Positions 22,352 to 35,700 of a stretch of DNA of 64,000 nucleotides are shown piece after piece. The stretch is taken from assembly GCA_905178155.1 (NCBI GenBank), contig CAJINV010000004.1, forward strand, positions 2,781,283 to 2,845,282, in the 5' to 3' direction. Within the stretch, counting starts at the first letter, position 1. Every line of letters begins with the position of its first letter. A program made the translations under genes and the position numbers. The DNA is from Amoebophrya sp. A120. Lineage: Eukaryota > Protista > Dinoflagellata. Under the pieces are notes generated by a model, which saw only the letters and a list, made by a program, of their open reading frames with translations, was not told the origin of the DNA and searched no databases.

Positions 22352-25300
22352 CTAGGCGAAGGATAAGATTTGTCTTCTTTTCCGTAACTGCCCAGAGCCG
22401 CGCACTCGCTCTTGAGGACTTCCACGAATCGCATACGGTAACCTGGATTTATCTTTTGTGTTTCTCATTCCCTTTCCAGTGATTCTCCCTCCGCGGCTGA
22501 TCCTTATCGGTTTTTTCGTCTGAATGTGAATCATAGAAAGTGAAAGATATAATAATGACCGATGCACCAGGTGGAAGTGGTTCTGCTTCTGCGTCAGATG
22601 CAAGCACGTTAATTCAACACTTTTATTCTCTTCCCCACATGTTGGTGTTGAAACGACATCATATTCAAAAGCGAAAAATACAGTCTCTGGACAGCGGCCA
22701 GTCCCACGCTCTGCGGTTCCGCCGGAAGATCGGCCGCTGGTTCGTGATCGCGGTAGCCTCCTCCAGGTTTTGCGGAATCTTTCCCTTCCCGGCTTCCCCG
22801 GCGGCATCAGCACCCAAGTAGTCCTTCTGTGTCGCAAGTAGCAGGTCGAGACATTCCTGGACGGGAAGAGGAAGTGGAAAGAAAACAACATCAAAGCCAA
22901 TGAATAAAACTTTAATATCATTTTCCAGGGCGCGGGCGCCTCAGTGTACTACGTAAATTCGCCCCTGGTCGCATTTCAATAAGAACAATAGCCAGATGAA
23001 CCTACTGCATGTAGACACGACTGTAGTTCGTTCCGCTGTGGACTCATCAAGTCCTCGAAAGCGACAACCACTAGCACTTCCGCTATCTTCAAATGTTTTC
23101 TTTTTTTTTTTTGATTCATCCTCTTTCATAGCGACCCCTTCCTCTGGATCTCTGCGTCCACGGCGTCCACCCACTGCTGCTGTCCGGACGATATGCACTG
23201 CAAAAGTCTTATCGCACAACTCGACGAAATTTTCAAATCAATCATAGTGGCAGTATTTGTATTGCATGAAAAATCTGGTTCTGGAGGTACTAATTCAGAA
23301 TGACAAATTCTACTCGTGACCACGCTGAGCAAATTTGTCATCATGCAGTCACGCACTAGAAGAAGCAAGTAGGATACTTATACTTTTGCACAGGATAGAA
23401 GACCAAACGCGCGACCCAACCTTGACGCTCTTCACGAGTTGACCTGGTTTTGAGACGGAAACTGAGTGCTTTCGTTCTCATTTTCTGCACCAGTGGTGGA
23501 ATAACATAGCAACAAACAAGTCGTGACCACACGGTATTAACAGTAAGAGCAGGCATGGCAGGTATTTGAAAAAACCAATACTAGATCTAGATAGCATCCC
23601 AAAAGCAAACTTAACAGCTCAACCTTCGCACGTAAACTCGATTTCGGTTCCGAAAATGAGACAGCGGTGGAGATCGTAGGTGACTCGTTCCGGAGGTATA
23701 ACACGAAAAGGGACAACATGCTAAGTCTAAGACTAAGTCAAGTATACAATAGGCGCCCACTTAATACCGAAGTCGTTCTCATGCAGACGATATGCACAAC
23801 AACCTGAAGGATATCAAAATGTATGTAAAACAACTTGACTCGCCATAGCTCGACGTTTAAATCATGCTGGATAAACGCGTGAAGATCCCGCACATTGCTG
23901 CCCACGCTCTGCAACGCGTCTTTCCAAATCGACAAACTCTTGTCCATCACCATGCTGATAGAGAATTTATTTCGATGCTTCCAATTGGTTTCTAATAAAC
24001 GCATCAAAAACTTGCTAAAGTAGCAACATTTTATGTGAGAATGTACACTCAATTCACAGCTGCTAAATCAGCTGCACTGGGTGGAACGCAACAAGATATC
24101 CCACGTTAGTACTTAAGTTGTACCCGTGCGCAGGGGCGGCAGCACCAGTTCCCGCTGTTATCCACAAAAAAAGGCCCATCATCATCCCTTTTTTGCATGA
24201 CAAACGCAGGACTTGACGCATGTTTTGCGTCACAAATTGGATGGGGATGGGTCTTTTTTTGTGGATAGCCGCTGTCGGCGTGCTGCTTGCCATGGTTGTA
24301 TAGCCAGCTCAAGTAGTGCTGCAAGCTCGACTGTCTTCACATTGGCATGCAATTGCAAATGCAAAGTTGCATGAGCTAGACCACCTTCCGTATTTTAGTT
24401 TTAAAGCGCTCATGGCAAGAAGTTCATCTGTAACTACCTGCTCGAGACTACACTGTAATTGTGTGAACTACTGGTCGTGCACAGAAGTAGAAGATCGCAA
24501 AACTATCATGTGCGCCATGTTTTTCTTCATGCCAGCCAAATCGTTGTCCTTCTAGACTTCCCCGCACAGGTATAACAGCTTGAGATTGCAACACCTGACG
24601 AGCGAGGCATAGGTAGCCCGGCGCGGATCTCCCCGAGAAGAAGAGCTGCTGCCCGCCTTCTGTTGCGGCCCTGCGAATTCAATTGAGATCCAGATAATGG
24701 AACAAAACGAAATGTAGATGCTGCATTAGTTGTTATCCTTATCACGCTATTAAAGTGCTTCGCTTCTACGTTTACCTTTGTGCCGTGGTGGAGAGCAAAA
24801 GTTGATGTGCTGCGCAGCTTCGCAGACAGAGACGCTCTCTCGCTCTCCTGGTAAAAAAATTGCACCCACCAAAGATAAATGTATACTAGTAGTGTACTGC
24901 ACCATGACCAAGACATTATCAACATCAAGTATAATGATCCAACTCATTTCTAATCTTTTAAATGAAAAATGATCTAGTACTACGCAAATTCACGCCTGTG
25001 CCTGGCACTGCCGCTGTTCCACCGGACTGCGAAGTGGAAGATGCAGTCGAGGCACCACCTGCACTCGGTAGTTGTCTTGCAGCGCCGGTATTACTACCCA
25101 TAGTTCCACCAGCGGTCGCTGCTCCCGCGACACCACCGCTGACGGGACCGCCGCCTGCAGTACAACTCGCTGGGTTGTTCGCAGCGGAGGCCGCAGCAGA
25201 AGAACTTCCGGTAGTAGCCTGCGCAGTACTACTTGCTCCTGTTGTTCCAATATTACCTGAGTTGCCCCCCACTTCGCCGGGCACCATGCGCATCACATTT

Positions 25301-27824
25301 TGCTGCGGCCGGGTGTGCAGCATCTTGGAGGCTGCTGTTGGGTGTCCAGTTGTGCCTGCTTCACCCGCAGTGCGATGAGCCGCGCCACGATGCGGGTTAG
25401 TTATCACAAGAAAAAAGTGTTACAGTTACATACTGTGATGCAAGACCGGCAACAGAGACAACCTTTGTCATGCAGGAAATGCTTGGGAGCCTCGTTGCCT
25501 TCCTGTTTTCCCTTATGATCTTCGCATTACAAGTTTTCTCTACAACCACACAGAGAAAATTTGTGATGCAGAAACTCCAACAAGAACAAATGTGTAAGTA
25601 ACTGTAACACTTTTTTCTCGTGATATTAGTCGGCACGTGCATACCACCGAAGCCGCCATGGAGGTATGCATTGCAAAAAGAAAAACTACACGACGACGAC
25701 CGCATCAAACGTGGAAAATCATGAGCAAATTCGAAAGCAATGAAGATGGCCCGAGCTTCATCGCTGTCAACGTCATCAAAAGAATTCTCTGAAGCTCTGT
25801 CATCATGCCAAGGAGCAAGTCCGTCGTCGTGAAGATTTTTTGCAGCGGATAAGATCCCGAGACCGGCGAATATGACAGTGCACATAGATGAACGTACCCC
25901 TCGTTCTCATTTCTCATTCAAAGCACCAACTGCAACTCCAGTCGTCACTATATGTACATGACAAACTGCGAATGAAGAAGCTAAAACAATATTCCAGTCA
26001 GTACCTGAATTTGTGATGCAGAAGCCACATCTCATGCCATGCAAAAGAGGGGGAGCTAAAGCTATGTGCAGTCTGATAGCGAACTCCGCGAATTCGTTCT
26101 CGTCTTCATTGAACACCTCGTACACCTTCTTCTGTACCGAACCAAAAAAGCGTATCCTGTGAGACAACTGCGGCACCATCTTCCCGGTGGAATAAATGCA
26201 AATCAAAATAACACGTTCATCTGAGCATACTTTTGATTGAGCATGACAAGAAGCAACAGGGCGATGCAGGCGTAGTACTGCTTACACGAGGATACAGCCC
26301 TTGATCAGGTCCGTGGCTTCGGACATAACCTGCTTCCCGGCGCTGTTTAGATTTTTCGCAGACGCTGAAGGGTTCAGGCTGTGGGCGAAAGAGTTCGATG
26401 CACCGGTAGAGCTGGAAGACGAAGTTGAGCCAGGGGCTCTACTACTGCTCCCCTGTCGAGACATCGAGGACGCTCCTCCAGACATTGAGGTGGCTGAGGG
26501 AGCTCCAACATTCATCGTTTTCCCAGACGAGCTAAATGCGGTACCACCACCGCCGGACATGCTGATCTTGTTGCTGCCGGTCGACATGATCTTGGCCGCC
26601 CCCGTAGTTGATGAAAAAACTGACGCAGCAGCAGTGTCGTGCCCGAACGCCCCTCCACTACTTGTTTTTATCGTATAGAAAAATATGAACTGCATTTTCA
26701 CTGGAACGATTTTTCTGCAAGTTTATTCTATCTCTTCAACAAAGGTTAAGGCGTGATTTACAAACATGGTTTGGAAAATTTGCCATGCGTGCTCGTCCCA
26801 ACGTACAACATGGCTGAGAAGAATCCACCGCTTTGCATCATGTGTGGCAAGAAAAGCATTTCTACTCCTTTCTGCGACCTCTGCATCACAAGTTCACAGT
26901 GTTGAACAAGCAGCTTCATCATTTTCTTCCGATACAACTTGTCGTGCCGTTGATGAAATTTTCGACGGGGTTATCAATCCAAAAAGTGGCAACGGCTTTC
27001 AACAGATGGCAGTCATGATGCATGACAAATTTGACCTGCAACGCATGCTATGCAATACAAATGTCAGCGTCAGCGCGTTTGCGTTTCTGTGAGTCTAAGT
27101 GTGCATTACAGTACTGCATGACAAATACCTTATAAAAAGCGTTTTCACATTTTCCTGTGATACGGTTGCAGGAAGGATCCTCCCGACACTGTTGCCGGGG
27201 CCCGAATGCGGTCCGGCAGTTCTGCAGCGCCACCCACGCCGACTTTAGACGTGGTAGCGGCGGACCGCTGCTGCGTGGCGCGCTGCTGTTGGGTGGTAAT
27301 CTGCTCAGCCTGCAAACTGTGACCAGTGATGAAACTTTGCATCTTATTCTTCTTTAGCAAATGATGAACCAATACAAATGCATTTTCTGCAGAAAATATC
27401 GCTCGCGGTCCTCGTCACAAATCGCTCAGGTCTGATGACAACTTGCTTTTTTGTAGATCTGAAAAAGATTTTCATCTTGTTTCCATGCTGGACCGATTCG
27501 GGTGCTCCTGCTGTGTTATCTTCCTGCAGGAGCAGGCGCAGGGACAGCACGAATTATGCTAATAGACTTCAAGCAGGACTACGGGAAGCAGAAACAAGCA
27601 GGCAAACACAACTACAGCAGAAAAGGATCTTTGTGAGACGTCACAGGTGCTGCCCGCCTTCCACAATTTTGAAATTTTGCTGATCTTTCAGGAGGACAAA
27701 GGCATGAATATGATGACCCGGCACTATGTATCTTTCGCCGGCCACCAGGATGAATCTGCACCAGCCTCACGGTAGAAATGGGGAGGTGCCGTCGTCCTAG
27801 GAGATGGAGAGAGAGGCACAGCAA
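22352..27824 (-). CDS. Large hypothetical multi-exon protein with Ser/Gly/Ala-rich segments; ends approximate
   Basis: Exon-like ORFs (24958-25401, 26282-26670 and others) joined in frame across introners, e.g. ...GGMHVPTN|PHRGAAH. Confidence 0.5.
23192..23397. mobile_element. Introner, family A-like
   Basis: TATGCACTGCAAAAGT ... ACTTTTGCACAGGATA; repeats GACGA/GAAGA. Confidence 0.8.
24159..24267. mobile_element. Introner, family E-like; shortest copy (109 bp)
   Basis: TATCCACAAAAAAAGGCCCATC ... GATGGGTCTTTTTTTGTGGATA (21/22 match); repeats GCTGT/GCCGC. Confidence 0.8.
25402..25625. mobile_element. Introner, family E
   Basis: TATCACAAGAAAAAAGTGTTACAGTTAC TIR (27/28 match); perfect repeat TTAGT. 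Confidence 0.9.
25665..25851. mobile_element. Introner with diverged direct repeat
   Basis: TATGCATTGCAAAAAG..CACGACGACG ... CGTCGTCGTGAAGATTTTTTGCAGCGGATA; flanks GGAGG/AGATC match poorly. Confidence 0.65.
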
Positions 27825-28827
27825 GAATGCAGCACAAGCGCTGCAAGACTATTGCTGCAGGGCAATGCGACGACACGCACGCCCACAATGGAACGCTGTT
27901 GCTTTGGTTTTCACTTGAGCTCTGCTCTGCTTCTGTCGTGCTCGTTGTACTTGTCCTCGTGGTAAAAACTTCTTATTATGCCATCACTGTACTCTGATTG
28001 TGGTTTTGATAATGCTCCGTGTAGTCCTCTTTGATGTAAAGCCAACTTAATACAGCCCCCATATTACACCACAAAGCTGCGTTCAAAGTATTTAATTTCC
28101 GCAACAACTTTTTGTTTTTAGGGCGGCAGACACACTGTTACGACTCCATCAGAATGCGGTTGCGGTTACTGACTGACTCGCTGAAAATAATGAAAAGTGC
28201 GCTGCAAAGTTTGCGCATCATCACGTAGGCGCCGAGCGGGTAGAATGAACCTTAAAAAGTGGTATTGGCTTCGACGCCGTAAATAATCTTCCCCACCAAA
28301 TTTAGTCCCTTATTCCAGAGGTTGCAGTAGTTGCAAATCTATAAAAATTCCGTTTGTCTGCGAATCATCTCAGTGTCTGAGTCTGAGAATCAATTCAATG
28401 CAAAAATAGATGACTGCGCAACATTCCTCACTGTAAGACGAGAGGTTGGGGCAGGGCGGAGGCCGTTCGTATCACCCCTTCTGTCACACTCTCTTCAAGC
28501 CAAGACGTTTTATTCATTCTAAGAAGAGAGTTTCAAATTGGCCAACCAGGAGCTGGAGCTCTACTTTCTCTACATTGGATCAACATCAATGTCGACCCTG
28601 CGACGGCCGCCAACATTATATCCTTTCTTCGGTAGATTCGAAAGACTAGGAGCTCGAGCTAGAATGTCAGCGCAGACCTATGTAAAAGCATCATTGGCCG
28701 CTGATGTGCTGTCCTGTTCATGATGTTGATGAATGTACATGTAGTTGTCCTACTACTAGACGCTGCTCTTCTAGTACAAAAACTTTTGTAAACAACTACG
28801 TAAGAGGTTTTCGTTGCTTTCGTCACT

Positions 28828-31585
28828 TCATACTTCAATAACCTGTTCCGACGGAGCGGTGGTGGTTGTGTCATGGGCGGTCGCCGCACTGGACCTGGAG
28901 TTTTGCGGGATTTCCTTGCTGTTGCTTCCAACGACGTGCATACCACTTTGAACGTCGAGGACATCGCGACCGTCGGCCCCCGAGTTCTTTCTCCACCCAA
29001 CTTCCCCGCCTAGTGGTCGTTTTTTACCGCCATCATCTGTAGTGGAAGTGGTTTTATTCTTCCGCGCGACCTCGTCCAGCTCGGTTTTCATTTCCTTCCC
29101 CGGCGGGGGGTTCCTGGTTGCACACGCCGACCGGCACCAAGACCGCCAGCCACCGTGCGCGCTGCAACAGCTGTAGAGAACGGCGAGCACCCAGGCCAGG
29201 GGCGCGAAGAGCGTGCAGAGGGCGCACAGAGCGCGGCCGTGGCGGTGACTCAGGTTGGCGCAGGGCACCGGGCACACGTAGCTGTGGCACGGCAAGCCGC
29301 AGAAACACATCAGGCAGCCGACGAAAACAACGCGGTCCGGGTTCTCTTCGTTCGCATACAGCAGTCCGTAACACTGCGTGTTATGCCGCGTTTTCCGGGT
29401 TTTGCTAGGCCGGACGCTCGTCTTGCTGCTATCGCGGGACTGATTTCGTTCCTCGTGGGAAAAATGTTGATCCGCAGCTGTAAGACTTGGCCCTTTCATA
29501 TTTTCAGATGTTGATGGTACTTCTAAAAATCGGGCTTCTGTTCTTGTTGGGCCACCTTGATGCGCGGCACCAGCTGCAGCATCTTGATCATCTTCGTGGG
29601 AACCAGAGGACCCAACAACTGACACGACGATGTGTTGCTGCTCCGGGGGTACAATCACGAGGCTGGTGCTGGGCTCCATGCCATTACCATCCTGGTCTGC
29701 GTGATGAAAGTGATTAAATGGCTCAAGAACGTCCTCTCCAGCGATCACGATGACGTCGTCCATATGCACTTTCTTTGCGCCTGTTCTGTCATCGCCGGAA
29801 CTCTCCACCGCAAGCCTGGTCATCTCAGGTTCAGCTTCCACCTGCCCTAGTGCTGGATTCATTCGAGCAAGCGTCGCGGCTTGTTTAGACCCTGCAGATG
29901 ACAATGTAGTTCCTTCTCCGGCCGCTCTTCTTGCGATTCCGCTGGGGGCGGGAGTTGTTTGATGCTTAGTGTCATTTGCATCAGCAACATGTTGTTCTTG
30001 ACCCGCTGCATCAGCGCCAGCGCCATCTTCTGGGGGTGCATTTGATGTTTTCTCGCTTTTTTTAAGGCTGTTCTGGTTCTTGTCGTTCTGTCCGCGACTA
30101 GGATCGGTAGCACCACAGCTACCACTGCGGCTAGAAAAGACCGCGCGGTGCAGAAAGCTATTTTCCGTGACGCTTCGCAGGGACTTGGAAAACACGCGCC
30201 CCATGGCGCTATCTGCATGGGAGAAGAGGCCCGGCGCAGAAGATGCGGTCGCGGTCCCAGTAGAAGAAGGACCACCCCCTGCAAGAACTCCGTTATGTAG
30301 CTTCAAGGGGGAGGATCCGGTGCTCTCGATGTTTTTCACCTTCGAATAGTTCGCGGGGGAGAGATATCAAATGCAAAAATGTCATCTGGGTCTGGAAGAT
30401 TGCCAGGTTTGTCATGCATATTTTGCATGACTGCTGATGTCTGTGATGCGTGCCCTAGCATCACAGATCTTGTGAGGGCTTCGACTTCCTGATGCCTAAA
30501 CCGCATGAGAAACGCCCTCTCGCCGTGGCAAAAACTGGACCTCTTTTGCTGTTCATGCAATACAGATTTTTGTAGAATCCAGACGCAGCGTCACAAGTTG
30601 CATCCTTCCAGACCCAGACATATTTGCAATGCATAAGAGAATGTCCGTGCGCCCGTCGTCGCGGTCCACGGTATCCGACACAAAACTGTTGGTCAGCATG
30701 ATGACGGGCGCGTTGAGGAGTCGCGAGTGCTTGACCAAATCTCCATACGAGTTGACGCCCTGCTTTTTCTGTGTCAAGTGTAAAAATGTCTGGGTCTGGA
30801 AGGCTCCAAACTTGTCATGCTGTCTTTGGATTCTAAAGAAATCTGTATTGCATGACCAGCAAGAGTAGCCCAGATTTTGCTACGTGCAGAGGCCATTTGT
30901 CATGCGGAAGAGGCATCAGGAAGCCTTTCAAAAATCTGCCATGCTAAGTCATACACTACAGGCATGATGGGTCATGCAAAATATGCATGACGAACCAGGA
31001 AATCTTCCAGACCCAGACATTTTTACATTTGATATTCTGCGGCGTCCCCTGAATCCGCCGGGCCCGCTCCAGGTTGATGCGTTGCAATGGCTTGTTGCCA
31101 TCGTGTTGAGGCAGCAGACCGGCTGCTGCAATGTGTGCCCCTTGACCTGGAGAGGAAAACGATGGTGAAGTAGACGAACCGGGGGAAGATTGCAAATGTC
31201 GGTTCTTCTCCTGCGCCCCTGCTCTTGTGCTCGATGCTTGATGCTCCTCTTGCACGTTAGGTAACTGACTTGGAGCGCGACGTCCTTCCACGTTACTAGC
31301 TGTGCTCGCAGTGGAGGAACATGACCCGCCTGGTCCTGTGGAACGAAAATTAGGCTGCTGAAATACCGCCGGAGCGGTGGCTGTACTACCAGTCACCTTC
31401 TCGCCGCTAGACGGCCATTTTCCGGAACCTAAATTTTTTCGTGCGATTGTCGTGTTGATAAAAGTCACGGCCCACCTCGGGCTCCGCCCGCTTGTGGTGC
31501 AAATTATGTGGTGGTGCTGCTGGTGAAGCAATTGCATCATCTGGGGGTACTCGTACTGCGGCGCACTGTTAATTGCAGTTCGCAT
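28828..31585 (-). CDS. Hypothetical protein, mostly low-complexity, with a Cys-rich hydrophobic (probable membrane) segment near the C-terminus
   Basis: Three exons join in frame: ...RIQGTPQ|KKQGVN...GRTDILS|PANYSKVKNIES...; C-terminal VVFVGCLMCFCGLPCHSYVCPVPC...LCALCTLFAPLAWVLAVLYSCC. Confidence 0.75.
30365..30635. mobile_element. Introner, family B
   Basis: TATCAAATGCAAAAATGTCATCTGGGTCTGGAAG ... CTTCCAGACCCAGACATATTTGCAATGCATA; perfect repeat AGAGA. Confidence 0.9.
30772..31034. mobile_element. Introner, family B, opposite orientation to 30365
   Basis: TGTCAAGTGTAAAAATGTCTGGGTCTGGAAG ... CTTCCAGACCCAGACATTTTTACATTTGATA; perfect repeat TTCTG. Confidence 0.9.
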
Positions 31586-32756
31586 GCCGTGAAGTATATT
31601 TTTGTCTAGACGAAAAACGGTTATTTCCCGTAAATACCTGCGTTGTTCCGCGCCCCGCTGTTCAGTTGCTGGTCATCCACTCCTGCGGCATGATTTCCAC
31701 TAGAGGCCGCCGCCTGTCGAATCGCTCCTCGGACGCTTTTGCGAAAAATATCCAGTGCAATAACTACCACCCAGAAGTAGCTCTCCACCACCAAATCAAG
31801 TCAATCTACACGAGAACATCACCGTCACCGATCATTTTTCATGTTTTCCATTTACATTTCTTACCTAGACAGCCACACTGCAGCTGCAAAGAGGAGCGGA
31901 ATTCATTTGTTAGCTGTCCTACATTGCACTTGCAGTGAAAATTATGGCCATGCTCACGCTGCAGTTCGTCTTTCATGCGTGTCTCTTGTTCTCGTGAGAC
32001 TGAGAAGCGACAGAAATGAACATGGAAACTTTCTTGTTGCCGCACTTTCTTCAAGTTGAGAGAACTACATCAGGTGCTTCTGGTTGTCACACAGCATAAA
32101 GCGCCAGGCCAATCGAGAATTCCGCGTCGGTATGAATTTTGAAAAGTCTACATCCTCGTGGAAGCCACGACAATCCTCATCGGCCGAAATTTGAATTTGT
32201 AATGCATAAGCATATACTTGCAACGAGATCTTCTTTCAGTGCATAAAAATTGATCTTTTTTGCTTATGATGATCCACGACAAGACAACAACATCATCATC
32301 AAACTATTGAGGATTGTCTTAGTTCGACAAGGTGGCTCATGACATTTTACACGAGATACTCGGTGGCTGGCGGTCGGGCACTGAACGGTACCCCAGGCTC
32401 GCCCTCCGCTTCGCCGAGAAGTGGGTATCCTTTTGAAATAAAACGTACCTCCCACCAGCGCAGCCCGAAGGTCAGGACAAGGATGGTTTTAGCAGTTTTG
32501 GTTTTGCTGCACAAGAAATCAAACCATTTTCATGAGCATTTGCGCATGACAACTTTGGATCTACAATGAACTCGTGACTGTACAAGGAGGAACTAAGCTA
32601 GTTGTACAGCCGCAACATGATCACAACAGACTCACAAAATTATGCTTCTCATGCCCGGGGGACAGGGACTGTCCGTGAAATAACACAAGGATTGCTTCGA
32701 GTTCTAGCTTAGCATGGCAGGCGACCGGTCAGGCATAACATATTTCTATTTGCGGT

Positions 32757-35700
32757 TCAAAAAACATCACGTGGGTACGTTTTCGCTTCGGATAACGTTC
32801 TTGCCTTGTTCGCCTGGTCTTTTGGCATGGAGTGCGGGGTCCGCCGGTCGATACCGCGTTGCACACGAAACGCGCTTAGCTTCAATATGGAACTGTCAGG
32901 ATTGAAATTGACAAAGTTGAAAAATAAAAATTTGTGATGTATAAAACCGATACCAGTTGGAAGACCAATTTTAGAGCGGCGCATGACAAATTTCGACGTC
33001 ATCGAAATCCAGTTTGTCATGCTCTTTAGCGAAAGAAGGCATCCTTTGCCATGCTTCTTTAGCAGCTCTATCGCAAACACGAAACAGGCATACAATCGGC
33101 CTCGCTTGCAATCCCTGCAAGACATTCACTGCGTGCCTTGCATTTTATGCATCACAGATTGATTATTTCAACTTTGTCGATTTCAATCCTGACACAACCA
33201 TATTCAAAAATTCCTGGTTACTCGCCCGCGCACCGTGGCTGGTGTAGCCGGTCTTGCCCACACGGTGTATTCTGAAAAAAACGAAAAACTGCTGCATTAG
33301 CAATTACAAACGGCGCGCCCGTTACCGCCGAGACCCGAGAACGAGACCCGGGCGAAGCCAAAATGAGGCCAAGCCTACCGCTTCTTGGTATTCGCGCGCC
33401 GACAACGTCGCGGCCGGGAGCTGTGTAGTTTGTTCTACTTCATGCCGCCGGCCGCGCGTGGTCTCTGCAGCTGCCTCAGAAACACTAGCGCGCCCCCTAT
33501 TGGGGCATGGGCCGCGGGCATATAGATTCGCAGGCCGCGCGCCACGTGGCTCAAATTTTGAGCCGCATCGGACTGCGACCAGACAGACAACGCCCGCCCT
33601 AGTCAATGACCACGCCAGAGCTCGTCTACGTACCGGATGCCCGCCAAAGCGGCGCCGCTATCTGTCCAAAATGGGGCCTCGCGCCTGCTGGCGCAAATTC
33701 GCCCCGTGCCTCTGTTGCTTGCAGATAGAGGACAAGGCAGGACGACCAGAAAACGCGCAGGCCAAAACGAAGCCGGGACGAGGCCAAAACGAAGCCAAAA
33801 CGAAGCCAAAGCCAACCAAAAAAAAGGCGGCCAACCCTTTCAACTTTTTGCCAGAAAGAAAAGGCCCAGAATCAGACCGCGGGGCCTCGTTTTGGCCTCG
33901 TTTGGGCCTCGTTTTGGCGTCGCTTTCACGAGGGCACGGTCAACGGGATCGGGCCCCAATGGGCCCGGAAATAAAAAAATCATGAATCCCAAAAGAAAAA
34001 CGAAAAAAAAAATTTTTGCACTGCCGCCCTATTGTGCCAAACCACTCCGCCGGGGCTCGCTCGATAGGAAATCTGTAGGCCCTAAAATAACGCCGGGGCT
34101 TTGTCAACAGGCTGCGGACCTGTGGGCTCCGGGGTTTTCGAAGAACTGCGCCACATGAAATCGAGCACGCAACTTTTGTTCGGGCAAACACAACTTCACC
34201 GAAAAAAAAGAAAAACACCGAATAAATTTGCGCCAAAAAATTGCTTTCTTTGCGACATGAGTGCGACACGGGTGCGACACCGGTGCGACACGGGTGCGAC
34301 ATTTTTCGGGTTCTTCCTGAAATCCCTAAGAAAAAAAAAACCACGGCCGAAAGCCGATTTTTTTTAATTATTTCAGATTTTTTGTCGCAAAAAAGGCGAA
34401 TTTTTGTCGCAGAATTAATTGGCCACTCGCCCACCCAAAACTTTCCCACCCAGCATCCCTCTCCCATCCCGAAGCACACACCGGCAACATGGGCACCCTC
34501 TGCCGGCCCCACTCCAATCCCTTGCGCCCAAGCCTGCTTTTCCCGCCCAACCCACAAACCCAAGACACACAACCAGAAAAAGAAAACGCACCAGCGAGCG
34601 GCTGCAAGAACTGCAAAAATCCTGCGAAAACTTAAAAGCGCGAAAATTTTCCGGCTTTTGTGATTTTTTTGCTTTTCTGACTACTGGGGGCCGATCCCGT
34701 TGAGCACGGCAAAGCGAGCCGGGCGGCGACCAAAGTGCCGAATTTTCCGCGTTCCCCTTCCAGACGCGAAACGCGCTTGCCTGGCCTCGTTTTGGCTTCG
34801 TTTTGGCCTCGTTTTGGCTTCGTTTCGGCCTCGGCTTTTTTGCCCTTTGGCTTCGTTTTGGCCTCGTTTTGGCTTCGTTTTGGCCTCGGTTTTTTTGCCC
34901 TTTGGCTTCGTTTTGGCCTCGTTTTGGCTTCGGTTTTCCGGCAATGCCGACCAGGGGTGGTCGCGTGTACATATCTACTGGACAAGAGTGCGCCCATACC
35001 CATTTGAATATAATAGCAGGCACCGCGCGGGGGATTGGGGCTTCGCACCATAGTAGCCACAGGCAAGACGAAGGCGGCGCCCCCTGGGCATCCATGTGGG
35101 AAGCGCAACGCCCTGCGACGGCCAGGGCTTTTTGCGTTTCTTTGTAGTGCCATGCGGCTCAAAAATTGAGCCCGGCGGCACGCTGCGTCGCAGGCTCCCC
35201 CCTATGCGAAACGCGACGCGCCCGGGCCCACAGCGCGCACATCACAAATGACGCCCCGGCTTACATGCAGCAGAAGCCCCAAAGGCTGGGGGCCCTGTAA
35301 ACGTCTCGGCCGATCACTATGGGGAAACTTGCCGACGTTTTGCGCTGGCAGAGGTGGGCCACTGTAAAAGCTGCCCGACTGGCTTCGTTTTGGCTTCGTC
35401 CTGGTCTCGTTATCGTGCGAGGGCGGTAACGTGGGTCGCCGTTTGTAAAGCAATGGAGGTGTAAAGCTAGTCTTATTTGACTTTGTTCCTGACGAGCAGC
35501 ACGACGCGACATTTTTACATATTTTCACCATTTTACCTAACATGACAGCACCAGCCATCACTAAATTGATGTTGGCCAGAAGGATCAAACAAAATAATCT
35601 AACCCATGATCATTTACATGTCCAGCAGCAGCATGACCACAATTGCGACTAGCACAGTCGCCATCACAAATTGACACGAATAGGACAGCCAATTTTTCTC

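Noticed and set aside
22941-22943. Apparent TGA read-through (VVH*GARALENDIK)
   Set aside because: An AG acceptor overlapping the TGA explains it as an intron end.
26669-27162. Possible large introner
   Set aside because: The right end looks like family E, but the left end is ambiguous and no 5-bp repeat matches, so the boundaries cannot be supported.
34783-34932. Regular short repeats that could look like a CRISPR array
   Set aside because: The units are 11 bp with no unique spacers, the context is eukaryotic, and there are no cas genes.
33254-35162. Long ORFs rich in RGQNEAK / LASFW repeats
   Set aside because: They are translations of the 11-bp subterminal repeats of a non-coding TIR element.
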